Assembly: GCA_038087875.1 (NCBI GenBank)
Contig: CM075987.1
Location: 28,150,001-28,214,000, forward strand
Direction of reading: 5' to 3'
Length of the DNA stretch: 64,000 bases
DNA from: Malacoraja senta
Lineage: Eukaryota
Below the pieces are notes generated by a model. That model saw only the letters and a list, made by a program, of their open reading frames with translations, searched no databases and had not been told where the DNA came from. Position 1 is the first letter of the stretch, and each line of letters begins with the position of its first letter. Below are positions 1 to 64,000 of the stretch, in pieces. The translations under genes were made by a program, and so were the position numbers.

Positions 1-965
1 TTTGTTTCTTATACTACGCGCATTCAAATACAACACCTTTAATTCGGTATTCACCTCCCTTCTCACACTGGTCCCGATTTTACCCGACCTTACTCTCTTA
101 CCCCTGATTGAACTTTCTGTCACATTAATTTGGGAGACTTCTGTAACATTTCCTGCACTCTCTTCCCCTTTAACTCCATCCTTACACTTCCAATTCACTG
201 ACCCCCCCCACCCATTATTTAGTTTAAAGTTCTATCTACTGCCTTAGTTATACGGATTGCCACCAGTCTGGTTCTGGTCAGGTTCAAGTGGAATCCACCC
301 TGTCCATGTAATATAACATAATATGACTTTATAACACATTGGATCTATAATCTTTTGGCAATATTGTAACTGCTGTCTTCCCAACCCACCTTTATCCATT
401 ATATTTTGTGATTCACACACATTTATTTCCACCTGTTGCCAAAAGAGCAGCAATCACAAGGATGCGGAATTTCAGACTTCTCAAAGAAAGAGCAAGATAA
501 TGAAATAGGAAAGGGAAAGTTGAATACAAGAATAAACTAAAGAATAGAAAGACAGACTATAAAAGCTTCCAGAGATATGTAAAGGAAAACAATAACAATA
601 GTTATTGTGGACTATTTAGGTATATTTCTTGAAGATGATGTGGAAAATTTATTGGTAATTGGAATAATGAATGGATCTTCAAAATATGAGGAGCTCATAG
701 ACATTGCGATTAGCACAAAATTAGTATTGGATAAATTAATGGTACTGCAAGGCAATACAGTATAACCGCAAGACCCTTTGACCTTCCATCCAAAGATTGG
801 AAAGAGGTGGCTGTGGAGACACTACCAGAGATCAGAACTGAACCTGGGTGAAGCCATGTTGCTCCAATTTATTTACACTCATCATTTTTGTTTCCAGGTT
901 TAGATTCTGTAGCGAGAATGCTGGCAATATTTGTTGCAGTAACTATTGTTTCTCCTTTCTAACAG

Positions 966-57505
<56,540 letters not shown>

Positions 57506-57583
57506 AATTTTGCAAAAAGAAGAAGTGAACCTGTTATGTGGTAGACGACAACTGTCAGTGGCAATCTGAGGTTTCAAGCAAAG

Positions 57584-57589
57584 AATAAA
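57584..57589 (+). promoter_or_regulatory. Candidate polyadenylation signal
   Basis: AATAAA ~80 nt after the stop codon. Confidence 0.45.
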
Positions 57590-59710
57590 TAGTTACCTTT
57601 CACCTCTGACAATTTGCCTGCGTTTCTATTCTGGTGAAGGCTCGTGTCGTTTTTCTTAGATGGGGTTCTTCGCAGATTTTGGAGCTAATTTATAATCATT
57701 CCACTTCATTTGTATTTATTTCCAATCCTCCTATTTCAGTATCTGTATTGTCCCGCACAAATAGAATATCACTTCTGTCATTGGAACTCGAAAGATGCTT
57801 GCTTGTGCTTTAACAATGGTGACAAAAATAATATTGGTTTTAAACCCAGGCTGAGGAATTTCCATACATTACAATGAGCTCTGGTTGGTGTATCCAAGAG
57901 CCTTTTGTGGAAATCGGCATAATTGAATATAGAATGTAAAAACATCAGAAAACAACAAAGCATGGTGTGGTTACACGAGACTTGTAGATAGCGTCTACTA
58001 TCTGGAACAAAAGAGGCAGGTAGTAACAATGGAGGCAGAGGTTGATGTTTCGGATCGAGACGGTGGTATAGACAGATAATGAGGGAGCAAAAGGTGGGAG
58101 GGAATGGGTTGGGGAGATAGAGAGAGAGGCTGGAAGGTGATAGAGATAGATGCTGTTAGATAGAGATAGATGGCTGCAGATGCTGCAATCTGATTAGTAA
58201 CAAGGTGAACCAGATAAGGGAGGGAGGGTGGACAGATGGAACTAGGAGGGGGGAGGATAGGAGACCCAGTAGGTTAAGCATGTTGGATAATCTGGGTGCT
58301 GCCACGGATGGAGATGGTAAAAAGGTGGGGATGGGAAAACCTGCACAGATCAAAGGAATAGTAACAAAAGCACGAACTGAAAGTTACAGTACGTGAGAAG
58401 AGAAAGTTCATTGTTCAGCCATTGAATTGTAGGCAACCAATGGCAGAGTGTGAGGTGCTGTTCTTCTAATTAGCAGTGGCAGTGGAGGAGGGTGAGGATA
58501 GACGGGGATAGTATGGGAATGAGGAATGGTATATAACCAGGCACTAAAGATGCCCGTTGCTGACAGCGCGTAAGTGTTCCACAAAACAGTCGTCTATTCT
58601 ATGTTTGGTCTTGCCGATATAAAGGAGGCCTCATCGAGAGCAACATGCAGAGCAGTAGACATGGCTGGAGGAGATCTGTGTATCTCTGCCTGACCCAGAA
58701 GGGCTGTTTTAAAAGTCTATGTAAATGTTCTCCGGTTTGTTTTATGTGGGGGGAACGGGAGGGGGTCGGGGAAAACTTTTTTTCAGTTTCTTACCTTGCT
58801 GGAGATGCGATTTTTTTCTGGATCGTTACTCCGGTCGCTCTGCGGCCTACCATCGATAGAGCTGGAGGCCTCCTCGGACTGACTTTGAGCCCCACCGTGG
58901 GGCGTGGACTTAACATCGGAGTCGATCCCTTGCCTGGGGGCTTTACCAGTGCGAGCTTGCAGTCTCAGAGAGGCTAGTCGGTAGCACCAACTACGCAGAG
59001 GTTCGACCAGCCCTGATCCAGGGGTCCGATCACCAGCGCAGGGGAGCTGACATCCCCCCCCGATGCAGGAGCTGGTCGCCCCGATGCGGGGCCCAAACGC
59101 CGCCGGCTACGGGAGTCAAGATCGTCCCGTCAACAGAGGGCTCAACGCCCCCGACCGCCGGAGAACAAAGGGAAGAGATTGAAGGTTTTTTTGCCTTCCG
59201 TCACTGTGAGTAATGTGGAGAAGTCACTGTGGTGGATGTTTATGTTAAAATGTATTTTGTGTGTTCCGTTGCTTTTTATTTGTATGATGACTGACTTGGC
59301 AAATGAAATTCCTCGTATGTTGCAAAACATACTTGGCTAATTAAGTATGATTGTGATTGTGATGAAAGATAGTGTAATGTTTATAATTATTAGTGTATAC
59401 TTTGTTGGCTCCTGTGCTTCAAGACAGCCTGAGTGTGAAAGATGATGCAAGTCTATCTTGCAGTGGCTAATGGAAATTAATGCTGCAGGACTCTGCAAGT
59501 GATGAAGGGGGGTAGTAGCTGTTGCCACCCCAGCCCTACCCACACTTGCCAGTGCTGTCATCCAGATAACATGAAAGGCCGTGCTGTTACAACTTTGGAC
59601 TTTCTAGACAGTTACAATGATTTAAGACACTGTTAACATGCAAAGTCTTGAATCCACATCCCAGCTTGCTCCAGCTGGCAGTTTAGTTACATTTGGGATG
59701 ACATTAACCA

Positions 59711-60019
59711 TTAGTTGTCACATAAATGCTGAACAATGGTGCAATAATAATTCCAGAACAACAGGATAAGGCCCAGTATGAGAAACAACAGAACAGAGAG
59801 AATAACCACCTTGTTGCAGTGGCCCATGCCCTGAAGAGGAGCCTTGCAACATCCAGAGGCACACTTTGTCACTGGTTTAATTCCTGCAGATGAGATCTGG
59901 CCAAAGTGTGTAATCTTAGATGGAGGGGGCATACTCCAGGGCTTGTTAAACTGACCCAAACCACTTGTTTCTGCTTCAAAATCAGACCCAGTGCCTGTGA
60001 AATTCTGTGGAGGTTCCAT
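59711..60019 (-). CDS. Candidate 102-aa single-pass small membrane protein
   Basis: ATG-initiated ORF in non-repeat sequence with the hydrophobic run VVILSVLLFLILGLILLFW. A minus-strand polypyrimidine tract and AG lie at 60131-60170, and there is an in-frame stop upstream of the ATG. Confidence 0.4.
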   Translation of the reverse strand: MEPPQNFTGTGSDFEAETSGLGQFNKPWSMPPPSKITHFGQISSAGIKPVTKCASGCCKAPLQGMGHCNKVVILSVLLFLILGLILLFWNYYCTIVQHLCDN

Positions 60020-62127
60020 ACAGGCAGCTAGGTGTGATGTTCCACAGCGGTTGTAGGGATAAATACAAAGCTCTCGTTTCAGGTGGGCACACTGTCTTCA
60101 GTGGGCTGGCTCTGGTCCAACCGGGAGAGTCTATCCAGGATAGAAACAAAAAGAACAGAGGTAAAGAAATAAACCCGAACCAAACCAGAACAGTTTCTCT
60201 CCATTTAAAACCTTCAGTTTGACAATGCTCCTTATGAAAATGTATTGTCCATATTGGCACCCTTTTGACTGCTCACTTGGCCTGTCCATACTAATTCACT
60301 CATTGTCTCCATCTCCCCACCTATCTTTGGTCAGCCGTAAAGTTGGATAAATGACAACTTTTCAATGATCAATAACTGAGGCCCTGTCTTGAACCCTGAG
60401 GCATCCCGCTAACATATCATATGTTTTTATTCTGCGTATCCATCGTCTACATTTTCATCAGTTCTCTGAACTGTGGAAGGTGGTCAGACAACACTGTGAG
60501 TTAACAGAGGATCCTAGTCCCAAGACTCACAACCAAAGATAGGGTAGAGTAATTGTGGAGAGGGCAGGAAGGAGAACCATTCTCTTTGGCAAGTATATTA
60601 AAACAAACACAGAATTCATTTTGTGTAATAAACTTTTGTGGGGCATCTAATTGAATTTCAATTTAAAAAACAGAAACATTGCAACCACTGTTATACCATA
60701 GTAACATCAAAAAATCTCTTGAAGAGATTGCTGGCCAGTGTGTGGCCAACGAGCCAGGCCAGTCCAGTTTCTGTCCCTAACTAAAGTTCTCCGTTCCATT
60801 CAATATTTTATGTGGGAAGGAACTGCAGATGCTGGTTTACACCGAAGGTAGACACAAAATGTTGGAGTAACTCAGCGGGTCAGGCAGAATCTCTGGAGAG
60901 AAGGAATAGGTGACGTTTCCAGTCGAAACCTTTCTTCGGAGATGCTGCTTGACCTGCTGAATTACTCCAGCATTTTGTGCCCACCCATTCAATATCTTGA
61001 TGGACTTCCTCTGCACTCTCTCCAACACAACTATTCACATAGTGCAGTCTAACCAGTATTATGTAATGCAACCTAACATCTCAAATGTTATATTTCATAC
61101 CTACATTCTATACCTTTTATATGAAGGCAAGCATTTACTATGCCATCTTCATCACATATCTACTTGAGTTGCTGCTTTCAGGGAACCATGGACATGAATC
61201 CTAAGTCCATCTAATCAACATTCCATAGTGCCCTACCATATACTGTAAATGTCCTACCGCTATTTGACTTCCAAAATACATCCCAGACACTTGTTGGTTT
61301 TAAGTTTCTTGTGCCATCACTCTGCCCAAGTTTGCATCTGATCTATATTCTGCTGCAAGAATCAACAAACTTCCCTGCTGTTCATAATGCCAGCAATTCC
61401 ATGTCAACTGCAAACTTCTGAAACACTTCTCCAACATTGGTATTCACGTCATTAATGTATAACACAAACAGCAAAGGTCCCAGCATCAATCCCTGATGAC
61501 ACCACCTCCAATATGCAAGCCAACTATTCAGTAAAATTTCATTGAGGTCCCCCCTCATCCTTCTAAACCTCCGGCGAGTACAGGCCCAGTACCATCAAAT
61601 GCTCATCATATGTTAATCCACTCATTCCTGGGATCATTCTTGTAGACCCTCTCCAACGCCAGCACGTCCTTCCTCAGATATGGTGCTCAAAACTCTTCAC
61701 AACACGTGAGCAATCACACTCGGAAATTAATTATTTCACAGTTGCTCTTGTCAAACCCTCTCCCATTCGCTGTCACATTGTGTGATACAGCATAGAAACG
61801 CCCTTCGGCCCAACTTGCCCACACCGCCCAACATGCCCCGTCAACACGAGGTCCACCTGCCTGCCCATATCCCTCTAAACCTGCCCTATCCATGTTGAGT
61901 ACAAATGTCTTTTCAATGTTTTTACAGTTCCTGCCTCAACTACCTCCTCTGGCAGCATGATCCCCTACCCACTGTGTGGAAAACGTTGCCCCTCGGGTTC
62001 CCCCCCCCCCCCCCTCACCTTATGTCCCTCTAAACCCTCTAGTAGATTAAACCCTCTACTGTCACACTCGGATTATTTCGGGCTGAAACACTCGTGTCAC
62101 ATATTTTTTATTAAGGCGGGGCTTTAC

Positions 62128-62370
62128 CTGGTTTTACACTATTCCGCAGCCCTGTGGTGTGGATGTTTCCGCCGTGTCCGGAGCCTTGTTGCTGCTTGTT
62201 GCAGCTGCTGCCGTCCCTGGACTCAGAGGCAGGCTCTGACCAAAGGCTCAGAGTCGACTAGTTTTGCTCCTCGGCAGCTGCCACAGAGCTCTCAATGCCA
62301 CTGCCGTTCCCTGCCTTGGCTTCACTCCCACCGACCCGTCACAGCCCTCGTTGAAGTGTTAGTTTGATCC
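62128..62370 (-). other. Candidate non-coding first exon of the minus-strand gene
   Basis: GC/CpG-richer unique sequence ending CCAG|gtaaag on the minus strand; I see no ATG. The 5' limit is approximate. Confidence 0.3.
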
Positions 62371-63189
62371 GCTTGATAAATGGAGATTGTGACATTACAT
62401 CTCACATCATCCACCCCACCCCGCCACATCTGGAAGGATTATTTTAAAAAACTAAGCGCTGGAGGAAGACAGCGGCTCTGGGGAGGGAATAGACAGGTGA
62501 CGGTTCCAGTCGAGATTCTCCAAAGGATTTTAAAAGTTAGGTTGCTATTTTGTGAAAGGGTAAGGATTTAATAGGAAACTGAATGGTAACTTTTCCATAC
62601 AGAGGGCGATGGATGACTCCAGGGAACCAGAGGAAGTAGTTGAGGCAAGTACTGGAACATGTAAAAGACATTTAGACAAGTACATGGATAGGACAGGTTG
62701 AGAGAGCTATAGGGCAAACGCAGGCAGATGGGACTAGTTGTAGATGGGGCATGTTGGTCGGTGTGGAGAAGTTTATGACTAAGCCAGTCAATGTTTTCAT
62801 CACACAATAACTGCTCGAGACTGAGAGTCACACGACTGTGAGGTTTGTTGCTGCCACATCCAGTAATATTGTTTGTTTCATTTTACAGTGTAGAGCTGGG
62901 TAGCAGGGTGTTGAGTTACATAAGGAAATAGTTTGATTAGAGCTAGAGTGGAGGTGGAAGGGTGTTTTTCTGACTGGGTATATGTGACCCATGGTGTATC
63001 TCTGGATTCTTTGTAACACTGTTTAGAGATGTTGGCTTTACAGGCTGAGCCAGCCTTTAATCACCCATAGCTGCCTCTTTGACGTGCGTTTGTATACACT
63101 CGCCAATGCTGTCAGGGAAGTAGTTCGTGGATTTGGACCCAGTGATGGTGAAGGAACAGCGACATATTTCTGAGGATCGTCTTCCAAGG

Positions 63190-63570
63190 AGCACAGGAGG
63201 ATGAGGGGTGATATAAGTGTACAAAATTGTGAGGAATAGATCGGGTAAACGCAGTGTCTATTGCCCAAAGTAGGGGAATTGAGAACCAGAAAATATGTTT
63301 AAATTGAGAGGGGAAAGATTTAATAAGAACCCGAGGAGTAACTTTCTCACAAAAAGGGTGGTGAGTGTTTGGAATGAGCTGCTGGAGGAGGTAGTTGAGG
63401 CAGGTATCATCACAACATTTAAGAAACATTTGGACAGGTACATGGACAGAATGGGTTTAGAGGGAAATGGGCCAAACATGGGCAGGTGGGACTAGCGTAG
63501 ATGGGGCATGTTGGTCAGTGTGGGAAAGTTGGGCCAAAGGGCCTGTTTTCCATGCTGTGTGACTCTATGA
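63190..63570 (+). mobile_element. CR1 3' fragment
   Basis: KRVVSVWNELLEEVVEAG..FKKHLDRYM. Confidence 0.8.
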
Positions 63571-64000
63571 ATCAGGATGGTGTGGAGGCAACCTGTACGT
63601 GGTGGTGTCCCCGAGCTTCTACTGCCCTTGCTCTTCTAGCTAGTGGAGGTGCCGTCTGAGGAGTCTGTGAGTTGCAGCAGTGAATCCTGTAGATGGTACA
63701 AACTGCTGCTGTTGTGTGTCGATGGTGGAGTTAGTGAATGGGTGTGGATGGGTCTGTATCAAGCAGGCTGCTGTGCCCTGTCAAGCCTCTTGAGTGTTGT
63801 TGAAGCTGCACCCATCCAGGCAAGTGGAGAATGTTCCATCACTCATTGGAGACTCGCAGACTATCTTTGATCGGACTTTATCTTACACTAAATTTTATTC
63901 ACGTTATTCCCTTTATCATGTATCTTTACACTGTGAATGGTTCGATTGTAATCATGTTTCGTCTATCCGCTCACTGGTTAGCATGCACAAAAGCTTTTCA

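Overview
Eukaryotic, repeat-dense vertebrate DNA. The CR1 tails, Penelope GIY-YIG fragments and HE1-type SINEs suggest a cartilaginous fish such as a skate or ray (inference). Most ORFs in the supplied track are retroelement debris (CR1, Rex1/Babar-like, Penelope, SINE) or microsatellite artefacts. Reading splice signals directly shows a + strand gene that the ORF track almost entirely misses. It has about 20 small exons from 966 to 57505. All internal exons are multiples of 3 in phase 2-2, and they join into one stop-free frame of about 367 aa ending ...FFTATSFNDLSLN*, followed by AATAAA. The exons include seven 24-27 nt microexons and a ~12.4 kb tandem array (34.9-47.3 kb) of ~850-bp units. 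Each unit carries one 72- or 63-nt exon encoding an (H/L/I/F)Q(S/G/N)DY...P(L/I)S...PSQ repeat; eight copies are intact and one is dead. The product is low-complexity and rich in Tyr and RRxS motifs, like a cytoplasmic tail, and I do not recognise it. Also present: a candidate convergent minus-strand gene for a 102-aa single-pass membrane protein, a TG..CA solo LTR, a non-autonomous Helitron, two related TIR DNA elements, a palindromic Penelope insertion, and a 13-bp minisatellite that grew from a CR1 ORF1 zinc finger. TE boundaries are approximate unless a TSD or terminus is quoted.
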